Part shown: in pieces, positions 54,736 to 64,000 of the stretch
Layout of the letters: each line of letters begins with the position of its first letter
How positions within the stretch are numbered: the first letter of the stretch is position 1
Assembly (NCBI GenBank): GCA_963666565.1
Contig: OY762911.1
Coordinates: forward strand, 32,001 to 96,000
DNA: 64,000 nt
Direction of reading: 5' to 3'
Source of the DNA: Thermoanaerobaculia bacterium
GTDB lineage: Bacteria > Acidobacteriota > Thermoanaerobaculia > Multivoradales > Multivoraceae
Notes under the pieces: generated by a model
The model's database searches: none
What the model was told of the DNA's origin: nothing
The model's input: the letters and a program-made list of their open reading frames with translations, nothing else
Program-made: the position numbers and the translations under genes

Positions 54736-56271
54736 TCAAGGCGCGAAACGCCCGACGATCGGGCGACCGGGGTTGACTCCCTCCACGGTCTCGCCGTCCC
54801 GCACGACGAACACGCCGTTCACCATCGTGTGGACGATGCCCTCCGAGAACGAGAGCCCGCCCTCGAACGTGGCGGTGTCGATCACCGTCTCCGGGTCGAA
54901 CACCACGATGTCCGCGTCGGCGCCGACCTGGATCCGCCCCTTGCTCCCCATCTGCTCGGACACCGTCGCCACCCGATCCGCCGGGAGCAAGGTCATCTTC
55001 AGCAGGGCCGTCATCAGGTCGAGCGTGCCCCGCTCGCGCACGTACCGCCCGAGAATCCGGGAGTAGGTGCCCGCCGTCCGCGGGTGCGCTCCCGGGGCGT
55101 ACGGCATGCCGTCGGAGGCGACGATCACCCAGTCGTTGGCCAGGGCCGTCTCGATCCACTCCTCCTTCATGACGTGGAGGATCACGGTTCCCCCGTCGCG
55201 GCGATACCGCTCGAAGGTCTCCTTCGTCAGCCTCTCTCCGGTCTCCTCCCACTGCAGGTCGCCGTAGTCGATCGCCAGGCGGTCCTGCCAGCCCTCGTCG
55301 AAGATGGACGACTCCAGACTGGTCGAGCCGGCGGTGTAGGGGTACGCCTCCGTCGTCACGTCGAGCCCCAGTCGGCGTGCGCCGCCGATCAGGTCGAGGA
55401 CGATGTCGATGTCGCCCAGCGACATGCTGTTGACGTGCACGATGTGCAGGGGCGCCCCGGTGGCGACCGCGTTGGCCAGGACTTCCTGCATCGCGTCGAT
55501 GCCCATGGAGCGCACGTGCGTGTGGATGGTGGCCCGCTTCTCGCCGGCGAACCGGAAGACCTCGAAGATCTCGCGGCGACTCGCGCCGGGGTAGTACTGG
55601 GTCGCCATCCCGATGCCCAAGCCGCCCTGCTCGAGGCCGCCCTGCAGATGCTCCAGCATGGCCGGGAAGCGCTCGGGCGGCAGTTCCGAGTAGTACGTCC
55701 TTTGCGCGGAATCGCGCATGGAGTCGAGCGGTTCGTCCTCGGCGCTAGCCACCCGGAAGGCCGCCGCGAGGTCCGCGCGCTCCTCCTCCGGGACGATCTC
55801 CAGGCCCCTCAGGGCGCCGTGGTTGACCGCGGCGCCGTAGTTCACGAGCGACCTGCCCCGCCTCGACTCCAGGAACGACTCGACGTCCGGCACGCCCCAT
55901 TCGAGCTCCAGCGCCGTGGTCACGCCGTCCCGCGCCTGGTACTCGTGCGCCCGCGGACCCTGGCCGTGGGCGTGGAGGTCGACGAAGCCCGGGGCCAGCA
56001 CCAGGCCGGCGGCGTCGATCAGGACGCCTCCGTCGGCGAGCGAGTCCGCGAGGGGCTCCTCCGTGACGGCGGCGATGACGTCGCCGCGGATGCCGACGTT
56101 CCTGACCTCGTCGAGTCTGCGCTCGGGGTCGATGACGCGGGCGGCCTGGAAGACGACGTCGAACTGCTGCGTACCGGCTTCGCCGCTGTCGTTGGTGGCG
56201 GGATTGCAGGCGAGGAGAAGTGCGGCGAGGAAGGGGGCCGCTATCGCTGACGATGCGTGGGTTTTGAGCAT
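54736..56271 (-). CDS. Amidohydrolase, D-aminoacylase/D-glutamate deacylase-like lipoprotein
   Basis: LLAC lipobox, PGFVDLHAH, TEAYPY, ASDG, HPR, KGRIQVGADADIVVFDP. Confidence 0.9.
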   Translation of the reverse strand: MLKTHASSAIAAPFLAALLLACNPATNDSGEAGTQQFDVVFQAARVIDPERRLDEVRNVGIRGDVIAAVTEEPLADSLADGGVLIDAAGLVLAPGFVDLHAHGQGPRAHEYQARDGVTTALELEWGVPDVESFLESRRGRSLVNYGAAVNHGALRGLEIVPEEERADLAAAFRVASAEDEPLDSMRDSAQRTYYSELPPERFPAMLEHLQGGLEQGGLGIGMATQYYPGASRREIFEVFRFAGEKRATIHTHVRSMGIDAMQEVLANAVATGAPLHIVHVNSMSLGDIDIVLDLIGGARRLGLDVTTEAYPYTAGSTSLESSIFDEGWQDRLAIDYGDLQWEETGERLTKETFERYRRDGGTVILHVMKEEWIETALANDWVIVASDGMPYAPGAHPRTAGTYSRILGRYVRERGTLDLMTALLKMTLLPADRVATVSEQMGSKGRIQVGADADIVVFDPETVIDTATFEGGLSFSEGIVHTMVNGVFVVRDGETVEGVNPGRPIVGRFAP

Positions 56272-56292
56272 GAAGCGTCTCCCTCTCGAAGC

Positions 56293-56390
56293 GGAGCCGG
56301 CCTGACGGCCGGCGCCCTCTCTTCCCCGGGTCAGAAGACCCGGGGTCACCTGCCTTCGGCGGCAGCGGGTCAGAAGACCCGCGCACCCAG
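56293..56390. repeat. REP-like family A composite (one full and one partial unit)
   Basis: GGAGCCGGCCTGACGGCCGGCGC, CGGGTCAGAAGACCCG (56327-56342), GCGGGTCAGAAGACCCGCGCACCCAG (56365-56390). Confidence 0.75.
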
Positions 56391-56468
56391 TCGAAATCCC
56401 GTCGATGGTATACACCACGACTGCGCCACAGCCACAGCCGACCGATCCCAACCTGGGAGCCACGAGCC

Positions 56469-57662
56469 ATGCCAAAGGCAACACCCGCGCGTACCCGCCT
56501 GTCACGCCGAACGCTGCTGGGGCAAGGCGCCGGGGCGGGCGCTCTCCTCGCCGCGTCGACGGTCGGCGCGCCGTACCTCGCCTTCGGCAGACACCGGCTG
56601 TTCGCCCAGAGCGAGGAGCGGTACTCTACGCGGGCGGTCGACCTCGTCGGCGACTCGCTGGTCATCGACATGCTGAGTCCGCTCACGCTGGCGTCGTCGA
56701 CCATGCGGGCCTGGTACGGCAACCCGGAGAACATCCCCGAATCCTTCTGGGACGATCTCGACCGTTCCGGGATCGACGCCGTTCTCGACGCGGTGGGGAC
56801 CGGCCCCTTCGGCGCCAGGGAGTCCGTCCTGGAGCGGGTGGCGGGAGTCAACGGCGTCGTCGCGCACAACGGACACCGGATGCTCCGCGTCTCTCGCGCC
56901 GCTGACCTCGACGAGGCGGCGCGAAGCGGCCGCGTCGGCATGATCTTCGGCGTGCAGAACGCCGATCACTTCCACTCCGTGGAGGACGTCGACTACTTCT
57001 ACGGGCTCGGCCAGCGCGTGTCGCAGTTGACCTACAACGCGCGCAACCTGATCGGTACCGGATCGACCGACCGGATCGACGGCGGCCTGTCGAACTGGGG
57101 GGTCGCGATCGTCGAGCGGATGAACGATGTCGGGATGGCCGTGGACGTGTCGCACTGCGGCGACCGCACGTCGCTCGACGCCTTCGAGGCCTCGAAGAAG
57201 CCCGTCCTGGTCACCCACTCGAACGTCCGGGCGCTCGCGGACGGTCACGTCCGCTGCAAGCCGGACGAGGTCATCGACGCGGTCAGGAAGGCCGGCAGCG
57301 TCTTCGGCGTGACGAACATTCGGATGTTCGTCAAGGCCGACGAGCCGACGACCGTCGAGCACTATCTCGACCACTTCGACTACCTGACGAAGCGGATCGG
57401 CGCCGAGCACGTCGGCATCGGCAGCGACATCGACCTCTACGGCTACGACGACATGCCGAAGGCGGACTACGAGCGGCTCAAGGCCGCCTACCAGCAGGGC
57501 AAGTACCGTTTCCGGGACCAGATCGACATCCCGGAGGTGGCGCACCCCCAACGGGTCTTCGACCTCACCGAGGGCCTGATCCGGCGGGGCTACACGGACC
57601 CCGACATTCGGGGCATCCTCGGCGGCAACTTCCGCCGGGTTCTGGAGGAGATCTGGGGATGA
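56469..57662 (+). CDS. Membrane dipeptidase (M19 family), Tat-exported
   Basis: SRRTLL, QLTYN, VDVSH, VTHSN, HVGIGSD, ILGGNFRRV. Confidence 0.9.
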   Translation: MPKATPARTRLSRRTLLGQGAGAGALLAASTVGAPYLAFGRHRLFAQSEERYSTRAVDLVGDSLVIDMLSPLTLASSTMRAWYGNPENIPESFWDDLDRSGIDAVLDAVGTGPFGARESVLERVAGVNGVVAHNGHRMLRVSRAADLDEAARSGRVGMIFGVQNADHFHSVEDVDYFYGLGQRVSQLTYNARNLIGTGSTDRIDGGLSNWGVAIVERMNDVGMAVDVSHCGDRTSLDAFEASKKPVLVTHSNVRALADGHVRCKPDEVIDAVRKAGSVFGVTNIRMFVKADEPTTVEHYLDHFDYLTKRIGAEHVGIGSDIDLYGYDDMPKADYERLKAAYQQGKYRFRDQIDIPEVAHPQRVFDLTEGLIRRGYTDPDIRGILGGNFRRVLEEIWG

Positions 57663-59299
57663 GACACCTTCAGCACAACGCTCCCACACTGGGTGCGCCG
57701 GCGTCCCCGCCGGCCGCCGCCGCAGGCGGCCAAAGAAACGCGCCGACCACAGGCCGGCGGCTCCTTGCGACGCAAGCGCTGCTCCTCGCCGCCCTCGCCC
57801 TCGCAGCCGCGTCCCTCTCCGCCCAAACCGTCGACGAGCGGCTCGACGGCTTCGACCCGTGGGTCGAATCGATCATGCAGGAGTGGAAGGTGCCCGGCCT
57901 CGGCGTGGCGATCGTCGAGGACGGCAAGACGGTGTTCGCCAAGGGCTACGGCTGGCGCAACGTGGAGGAGAAGCTGCCCGTGACTCCCGACACGCTGTTC
58001 GCGATCGGCTCGAACACGAAGTCGTTCACGGCCACCCTGCTGGCGATGCAGGTGGACGACGGCGCCCTCGCCTGGGACGATCCGATCCGGACGGTGCTTC
58101 CCGAGTTCCGGCTCCACGACCCGGCGGCGACGGACGAGATGACCGCCGTCGACCTGCTGAGCCACCGCTCGGGCCTGCCGCGTCACGACCTGTACTGGTA
58201 CGCCACGGGCCGGAACCGCTCGGAGCTGCTGGCGGGCCTTCACCACCTGGAGCCCTCCGCCTCCTTCCGGAGCAGGTACCAGTACCAGAACCTCATGTTC
58301 ATGACCGCCGGCATCGTCTCCGAGCGGATCGGCGGCAAGTCCTGGGAGGAACTCGTCCAGGACCGCGTCCTCACTCCGCTCGGCATCGAACGGGCCACCT
58401 TCTCGGTGATCCGGATGCAGGAGGACGACGACTTCTCCTACGGCTACGGCGCGGACGAGGAGATCGAGCGGGTGCCCTTCCGCAACATCGACGCGATCGG
58501 GCCGGCCGGATCGATCAACATGTCCGCCCGCGACCTCGCCGCCTACGTGCGATTCCACCTCGCCCACGGCAAGGTCGGCGACAAGCAGATCCTGGAGGAA
58601 GACTCGGCCAGGCTCATGCAGTTGCCCCAGATGGTGCTGACCGGCCCGCTCCAGCAGCGCCTGCAGAACGGCCCGGAGATCGGCGATCCCACCTACGGGC
58701 TCGGCCTCATGGTGAGCAGCTACCGGGGCCGCAAGCACGTCAGCCACGGCGGCGGCATCGACGGCTTCATCTCGGCGATGGAATGGCTGCCCGACGAGAA
58801 GATCGGCGTCATCGCACTCTCCAACACGTCGCAGACCGGAACGGTGCCGGCGCTCGTCGTGCGCAACGCGTTCGACCGCATGCTGGGGCTCGAGCCGATC
58901 GACTGGGCGGGCCGGGCCCGCAAGCGCGAAGCCGAAGCGAGGGAGAAGACCGAGGAAGCAAAGAAGAAGGACCTCGCCGCAGCGGTGCCGGACACGAGCC
59001 CCTCCCACCCGCTCGCGGACCACGCCGGCGAGTACGAGCACGAGGGCTACGGCAAGGCCTCCGTGCGCGCTGACGGGGACGGCCTGGTCCTTGAGGTCGC
59101 GGGCATCGAGTTCCCGCTCCGGCACTACCACTACGACGTGTGGATGGTCCCCTACGACCTGCCACCTGGTGCGGCCGCGTCAGGCCGCGGCGGCGCCAAG
59201 GTCCGCTTCGACTATGGCAACGACGGGAAGATCGACAGCGTGGCGGTGCCGCTCGAGCCGTCCGTCTCGCCCATCCGCTTCCAGCGCGTCGGCGACTGA
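57659..59299 (+). CDS. Serine hydrolase (beta-lactamase family) with DUF3471-like C-terminal domain
   Basis: IGSNTK, LLSHRSGL, YQYQN, HGGGIDG, GEYEHEGYG; ATGA overlap. Confidence 0.9.
   Translation: MRHLQHNAPTLGAPASPPAAAAGGQRNAPTTGRRLLATQALLLAALALAAASLSAQTVDERLDGFDPWVESIMQEWKVPGLGVAIVEDGKTVFAKGYGWRNVEEKLPVTPDTLFAIGSNTKSFTATLLAMQVDDGALAWDDPIRTVLPEFRLHDPAATDEMTAVDLLSHRSGLPRHDLYWYATGRNRSELLAGLHHLEPSASFRSRYQYQNLMFMTAGIVSERIGGKSWEELVQDRVLTPLGIERATFSVIRMQEDDDFSYGYGADEEIERVPFRNIDAIGPAGSINMSARDLAAYVRFHLAHGKVGDKQILEEDSARLMQLPQMVLTGPLQQRLQNGPEIGDPTYGLGLMVSSYRGRKHVSHGGGIDGFISAMEWLPDEKIGVIALSNTSQTGTVPALVVRNAFDRMLGLEPIDWAGRARKREAEAREKTEEAKKKDLAAAVPDTSPSHPLADHAGEYEHEGYGKASVRADGDGLVLEVAGIEFPLRHYHYDVWMVPYDLPPGAAASGRGGAKVRFDYGNDGKIDSVAVPLEPSVSPIRFQRVGD
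57689..57714. repeat. REP-like family B inside the 5' end of the ORF
   Basis: CTGGGTGCGCCGGCGTCCCCGCCGGC. Confidence 0.65.
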
Positions 59300-59391
59300 C
59301 GCCCGGGAACTTCGCTGCGCGGGGCGGCCGCGAGCCCCTTCGGCGCTCCCGAACCGTCGCCCAGGTCGCCGCCCACACGCAAGACGACGCC

Positions 59392-60579
59392 ATGCAAAGC
59401 CAGCCGCCAACCCGCTTCCACACCCTGCTTCTGCCGGCGATCATCGCGCAGTCGATGATCATCGGCGGCGGCTACGCGACGGGGCGGGAGGTCGTCGAGT
59501 ACGCCGGCCGCTTCGGGAACCGGGGCTGGCTGTCGGTCGCGATCATCGCCGTCTGTTTCTCGATCGTCATGGCGCTGGCCTTCGAGCTGGCGCGGCTGGC
59601 CGGAGCGTACGACTACAAGGCCTGGAGCCGGAACCTGGTCGGGCCGTTCTGGTGGCTCGTCGATCTCCTCTTCCTGAGCATGATGCTGCTGGTCATCGCG
59701 GTCATGACGGCGGCCATCGGCGAAGTCCTCCAGCAGACCCTGGCGTTCCCGAAGCCGCTCAGCCTGGTTCTGGCCCTGGCGTGCGTCGGCTTCCTCACCT
59801 GGCGCGGGTCCGGCTTCATCGAGCGGGCGAAGACCTGGGGCAGCGCCGCCCTGTACCTGGGGTACTGCGCCTTCTCCGTGCTGGTGCTGACGACGCCGGC
59901 CGGAGACGGCGGCGCGACATCGGTCGGGGACGCTGCCGCGACAGCGGTCGGCAACGCGGTCGCGCAGCCGCAGGTCGGCACCGAAGCAGGTCTGGCGGAG
60001 GTCGTCGTCGCCGCGATCCTGTACGTCGCCTACAACGTCGCCGTCGTGCCGGCCGTCCTCTTCTGCCTCCACCGCCAGACCCGGCGCAGCGAGACCTTCG
60101 CGTCCGGGATCCTCTCCGGTCTGGCGATGACGATTCCGTTCGCCCTGACCCTGGCCTGCCTCCTGCGGTTCCCCCACGCCGCCGTGATGGAGGCGGAGGT
60201 GCCCTGGCTGCGACTGATCGGCACCGCCGCCGACGGACGCGCCGGCGGCGCGGCCCTCTGGATCGCTCTCTTCGGGCTCGTCGCCGGCTGGACGCTGATC
60301 GAGACCGCCGTCGGCTCGATTCACGCGCTCCTCCATCGCGTCGAACGCAACCTGGGCGACCTGCCGCGCCGCTGGAGGCCCGCCTCCGGCGCGCTCACGC
60401 CGAGGCAGAAGGCGCTGACCGCCGTCCTCGTCCTCGCGGCCGCGGCCGGTCTCTCCACCATCGGCATCATCGACCTCGTCGCCAGGGGCTACGGCACCCT
60501 CGCCTGGGGCTTCATCGCCCTGATCGTGCTGCCGCTCTTCGTTGTCGTGCCGTACCGGGCGTTCAAGGCATCAGCCTGA
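59392..60579 (+). CDS. YkvI-family membrane protein
   Basis: IIGGGYATGREVVEY, TLIETAVG, IIDLVARGYG; about 10 hydrophobic segments. Confidence 0.85.
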   Translation: MQSQPPTRFHTLLLPAIIAQSMIIGGGYATGREVVEYAGRFGNRGWLSVAIIAVCFSIVMALAFELARLAGAYDYKAWSRNLVGPFWWLVDLLFLSMMLLVIAVMTAAIGEVLQQTLAFPKPLSLVLALACVGFLTWRGSGFIERAKTWGSAALYLGYCAFSVLVLTTPAGDGGATSVGDAAATAVGNAVAQPQVGTEAGLAEVVVAAILYVAYNVAVVPAVLFCLHRQTRRSETFASGILSGLAMTIPFALTLACLLRFPHAAVMEAEVPWLRLIGTAADGRAGGAALWIALFGLVAGWTLIETAVGSIHALLHRVERNLGDLPRRWRPASGALTPRQKALTAVLVLAAAAGLSTIGIIDLVARGYGTLAWGFIALIVLPLFVVVPYRAFKASA

Positions 60580-60621
60580 GCCCCATACTGGGTGCTGCGC
60601 CGGAACCACGGCCGGCCCACA

Positions 60622-60664
60622 CTGGATGCGCCGGCGTCCCCGCCGGCATCCGGCGCGTAGCGCC
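60622..60664. repeat. REP-like family B
   Basis: CTGGATGCGCCGGCGTCCCCGCCGGCATCCGGCGCGTAGCGCC between convergent genes. Confidence 0.7.
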
Positions 60665-60686
60665 GGCTTCTGGGCTTCCGCGCCGC

Positions 60687-61430
60687 CTAGCGGATGGACT
60701 GGACGAACACGCTGGTCGTTCTTTCGAGCCCCTCCCCAAGAGCGGCCATGACCGCCGCGTAGAACCCCGCGATGCCGAGTCCCTTCCACTTCGACACTCG
60801 AGCCACTACCCCGATGCCCAGCCCGAGCAGAATCAACGTCCAAAGGGAGACGGCAATGCTGGCGGCCCCTTCGAGCAGCGCCCCGACGGTCGTGTGAAGT
60901 GCAGGATTGGAGAAATCGAGTTCGAATCCCGAAGACGCCTCGGGTAGCTCAAGCGCCCGACGGCCCTTCGACAGCAAGTAGCTGAAGAGGTCGCCCAGGC
61001 GACCGACCACATAGACGTGGACCATCAGAGAGAACAGCGTCAGGAAAGGCAGTTTGGCTCCGAAGGCGAGTGACAGTCGCCAGACCAGTAGAGCCTCGAT
61101 CGGCAGCGCAATCAGTACGGCCGCGGCCATAGCCGTGCTGGGTCCGTAGAGGTTTACGGCTGGCTCCCCGCCTCCCATGATGGCGGCAAGCTCCCGTTGC
61201 CCAAGCACGGTCCTCAGGGCGAGGACCGCCAGGATCACCGCGAGGGCTGCAACCCATGGCCGGCGCTCGCGGATGATCTCGAAGCTGGTCCGCGGAAACG
61301 CGACGATCCCGACGAGGGCTTTCAGCCCGGCAAAGCCACCGATCACAGCCCCCGTGCCCGGAGTGGGCGCTTCGTCTGCCTCGGTCCCGGTCGAGGGACC
61401 TGCATTGCCTAGCTTCTGATCCTCGACCAT
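60687..61430 (-). CDS. Yip1-like membrane protein
   Basis: PRTSFEIIRERRPW; about five TM segments; LWTLILLGLGI. Confidence 0.7.
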   Translation of the reverse strand: MVEDQKLGNAGPSTGTEADEAPTPGTGAVIGGFAGLKALVGIVAFPRTSFEIIRERRPWVAALAVILAVLALRTVLGQRELAAIMGGGEPAVNLYGPSTAMAAAVLIALPIEALLVWRLSLAFGAKLPFLTLFSLMVHVYVVGRLGDLFSYLLSKGRRALELPEASSGFELDFSNPALHTTVGALLEGAASIAVSLWTLILLGLGIGVVARVSKWKGLGIAGFYAAVMAALGEGLERTTSVFVQSIR

Positions 61431-61444
61431 CGCGAGGTCCCAGA

Positions 61445-62413
61445 CTAGAACAGGTTCGCCCGCGGCGTGTACACCTCTTCGAGCCGCTTCTTCTCCTCGG
61501 CGGTCAGCTCGACGTCGAGCGACGACACTGCCTCATCGAGGTGGCTCGTCTTCGTGACGCCGATGATCGGCGACGCGACGACGGGATTGGCCAGGACCCA
61601 GGCCATCGCGACCTGGGCCCGGGACACGCCCTTGTCCCGCGCCACCTCGCCCAGCCGATCAACGATCGGCCGGTCCTTCGCCTCGTCGAAACGTCTCGCC
61701 ATCATCGGGTCGCTCTGCGACCGGCGCGTGGTCTCGTCCCAGTCGCGGGTCAGCAGCCCCCGGCCCAGCGGGCTCCACGGGATCGTCCCGATGCCCTGAT
61801 CGGCGCAGAGCGGGTGCATCTCGCGTTCCTCTTCGCGCTGGAGGAGGCTGTACTGGTTCTGCATGCTGACGAACTTCGTGAAGCCGCAGAGTTCACTGGT
61901 GTAGAGCGCCTTGCTGAACTGCCAGGCCCACATCGACGAGGCGCCGATGTAGCGGACCTTGCCGGACGTCACCGCGTCGTGCAGCGCGCCGAGCGTCTCG
62001 TCTATCGATGTCCGGTCGTCCCAGCGGTGAATCTGGTACAGGTCGATGTAATCGGTTCCCAGACGGCGCAGCGACGCATTGAGCTCGGTCATGATCGCCT
62101 TGCGCGAGAGCCCCCGCGCGTTGCGCCCGCGGCGAACCGGGAAGTAGACCTTGGTCGCAATGACCACCTCGTCGCGGTTCGCCATGTCCCGCAACGCCCT
62201 GCCCGTGATCTCCTCGCTCGAGCCGATCGAGTAGGCGTTCGCCGTGTCGAAGAAGTTGATGCCCAGATCGAGCGCCTTCTCGATGATCGGGCGGCTGGCG
62301 GCTTCGTCCAGGCTCCAGTCGTGAGCCCCCGGCGACTCTTCGCCGAAGCTCATGCATCCGAGACAGATCCGGGACACTTCGAGACCGGAACTGCCCAACT
62401 TCGTGTACTTCAT
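61445..62413 (-). CDS. Aldo/keto reductase
   Basis: LGCMSFG, FFDTANAYS, IATK, DLYQIHRWD, GKVRYIGAS, WSPL. Confidence 0.95.
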   Translation of the reverse strand: MKYTKLGSSGLEVSRICLGCMSFGEESPGAHDWSLDEAASRPIIEKALDLGINFFDTANAYSIGSSEEITGRALRDMANRDEVVIATKVYFPVRRGRNARGLSRKAIMTELNASLRRLGTDYIDLYQIHRWDDRTSIDETLGALHDAVTSGKVRYIGASSMWAWQFSKALYTSELCGFTKFVSMQNQYSLLQREEEREMHPLCADQGIGTIPWSPLGRGLLTRDWDETTRRSQSDPMMARRFDEAKDRPIVDRLGEVARDKGVSRAQVAMAWVLANPVVASPIIGVTKTSHLDEAVSSLDVELTAEEKKRLEEVYTPRANLF

Positions 62414-62456
62414 TCCAGGTTCCTCCAAAAGGCCCTCGTAGTCGAAGGCCGTATCT

Positions 62457-63257
62457 TCAGGCCTCCGGCTGACCGGAGTCCAGACTCGCCCTCACCAGCG
62501 GCGCCTCGACATCGAACTCCCTGGCGACGTCCAGGCAGAGGGACAGGTCCTTGACCGGCATCGCCGGCCAGGTCACGCGTCGCCGGGGCATCGGGAAGTT
62601 CTTCGAGACGAAGCTCCGACCCGTCGACACGTTCAGGATCTCCATGAACCGGTCCAGGTCCATGCCGTAGGCGCCGACGACCTCGCGCACCTCCCGGACG
62701 AGCGCCCAGGTGCCGAGCGCGATCGCGTTGTTGCCGATCTTCATCGCCTGACCGGCGCCAATGTCGCCGCAGTGCATCGTCGTGCCGAGCACGTCGAAGG
62801 CCTCACGGCACCGGTCGATCGTGGCCGCGTCGCCTCCGGCCATCAGCGTGAGCGTGCCCTCCCTGGCGCCGGCCACGAGCCCGCTGACCGGGCAGTCGAT
62901 CACGTCCACCCGTTGAGATGCCACCTCTCTCGCGAGTGCCTGGCAGTAGACCGGCGACATTGTGCTCATGACCACGACGATCGCGCCCTCACGCAGAGTG
63001 CTCAACGCTCCGTCTTCGCCGCACAGCACGCGGTCGGTCTGCTCTTCGTCCCAGACAATCGTCATCAGGATGTCGGCACGCTCGCCGGCTTCGCGCGGCG
63101 TCCCAAGCTCTTCGATCCCCTTCGCCGCAAGGCGTTCAATGGCCTCGCGGCTGCGGTTGATCGAGCTGACGACCCGAAAGCCGGCATCGAGCAGGCGTCC
63201 CGCCATCGGTTCGCCCATGGCGCCAAGTCCGATGAAACCGATCGTGGGTCGTGGCAT
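62457..63257 (-). CDS. 3-hydroxyisobutyrate/6-phosphogluconate dehydrogenase-family oxidoreductase
   Basis: IGFIGLGAMG, DCPVSG, GTLTLMAGG, KIGNN. Confidence 0.92.
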   Translation of the reverse strand: MPRPTIGFIGLGAMGEPMAGRLLDAGFRVVSSINRSREAIERLAAKGIEELGTPREAGERADILMTIVWDEEQTDRVLCGEDGALSTLREGAIVVVMSTMSPVYCQALAREVASQRVDVIDCPVSGLVAGAREGTLTLMAGGDAATIDRCREAFDVLGTTMHCGDIGAGQAMKIGNNAIALGTWALVREVREVVGAYGMDLDRFMEILNVSTGRSFVSKNFPMPRRRVTWPAMPVKDLSLCLDVAREFDVEAPLVRASLDSGQPEA

Positions 63258-63281
63258 GGTAAAGGCCCTCCCTTTTACTTA

Positions 63282-63300
63282 TTGGACGCTTTTCGTCTAA
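63282..63300. promoter_or_regulatory. Candidate TetR operator between divergent genes
   Basis: Imperfect palindrome TTGGACG-CTTTT-CGTCTAA in an AT-rich spacer. Confidence 0.5.
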
Positions 63301-63310
63301 AGTGTACATC

Positions 63311-63880
63311 GTGCCTCAAGCCGATGCCAGCGACTACGAGACCGCCGCGCAAGTGCTCGCCGAGTTCGCGAGCACGGGTTACGCGAAGACGTCGATGACC
63401 TCCCTGGCCGAAGCGGCTGGCGTCGCGCGGCAGACGATCTACAACCGTTTCGGGCGCAAGGAGGCAGTGCTCGAATGGGCGATAGGCGCCGTTGTCCGTT
63501 CGCTGCGGGCAGACGCGTTTGCCTGTCTCGCCGACCCGGACAGACCGACGGAGCAGGCCCTGCTCGACGCCTTCTGCTGCTGGCTGGGACCGGTCGTGAG
63601 GTTCGTTCGCGACGGTCGCTACGGCGAGGAGATCCTCGGGCTCGGCAACGCCGCGAGGCGACGCACGGGCTCGTACCCCCTCGACGCCTTCACTTCCGAG
63701 GTCACCGGCGCGCTGCTGACGCGACGAGTCCGCCAGCAACGTCGGGAGGCCGCCGACCTGGCGTTCGTCCTTGTCATGGCGGCCAAGGGGCTTCTCGCCG
63801 ACAGCGAGACCGAAGTCGACTTCCGAACCGGTATGGCGCGCGCCCTTCGCGGGGCCGGAATCAACAGTTCGTCCGACTGA
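63311..63880 (+). CDS. TetR/AcrR-family regulator
   Basis: GYAKTSMTSLAEAAGVARQTIYNRFGRKE; start 63302 or 63311. Confidence 0.9.
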   Translation: MPQADASDYETAAQVLAEFASTGYAKTSMTSLAEAAGVARQTIYNRFGRKEAVLEWAIGAVVRSLRADAFACLADPDRPTEQALLDAFCCWLGPVVRFVRDGRYGEEILGLGNAARRRTGSYPLDAFTSEVTGALLTRRVRQQRREAADLAFVLVMAAKGLLADSETEVDFRTGMARALRGAGINSSSD

Positions 63881-63915
63881 ATCAGCAATCAAACCCCTAA
63901 GGGAGATCCAGATAG

Positions 63916-64000
63916 ATGACAGACCGCACCGTACTCATCACCGGCTGCTCGAGCGGCTTCGGCAAGCTGGCAGTCCACACCTTCCGAGCCAACAGCTGGA
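63916..64000 (+). CDS. SDR family oxidoreductase (5' part only)
   Basis: MTDRTVLITGCSSGFG; GGGAG RBS. Confidence 0.85.
   Translation, partial: MTDRTVLITGCSSGFGKLAVHTFRANSW

Noticed and set aside
3863-59131. Long antisense or alternate-frame ORFs (e.g. 3863-6244, 6318-8285, 20048-22915, 26666-29230, 40678-42807)
   Set aside because: They are shadows of real high-GC genes with no family motifs; the poly-Val stretches simply mirror the His/Asp repeats.

Overview
A high-GC bacterial chromosome segment, rich in exported hydrolases, SDRs and toxin-antitoxin (TA) modules. The gene style suggests an Acidobacteriota-like, possibly host-associated organism, but that is inference only. About 55 CDSs, one tRNA-Glu(TTC), one IS3-family element and two dispersed REP-like families are supported. 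Main candidate system (5840-15348): a duplicated cassette of a small leader ORF (hydrophobic N-terminus, HxH, HxHSCVAC, C-terminal ARGPPLG-stop), a conserved structured spacer, and a ZnuD-like TonB-dependent receptor with long His/Asp repeat loops. The two copies flank a FecCD/BtuCDF-type ABC transporter. In both copies the leader stop-codon region is complementary to a segment just upstream of the receptor RBS, which suggests a metal-sensing ribosome-stalling switch. Other notable items: a 5-unit array behind tRNA-Glu built from inverted and direct copies of the tRNA 3' end; a C15 tract that puts a LuxR regulator out of frame ahead of a secreted-protein island; an IS3 splitting a MORN-like gene that can be rejoined in frame; chimeric TA and helicase relics; and a peptide/amide-catabolic block with catalytically altered GGT and class A beta-lactamase homologues. 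All calls come from reading motifs by eye; no searches were run.
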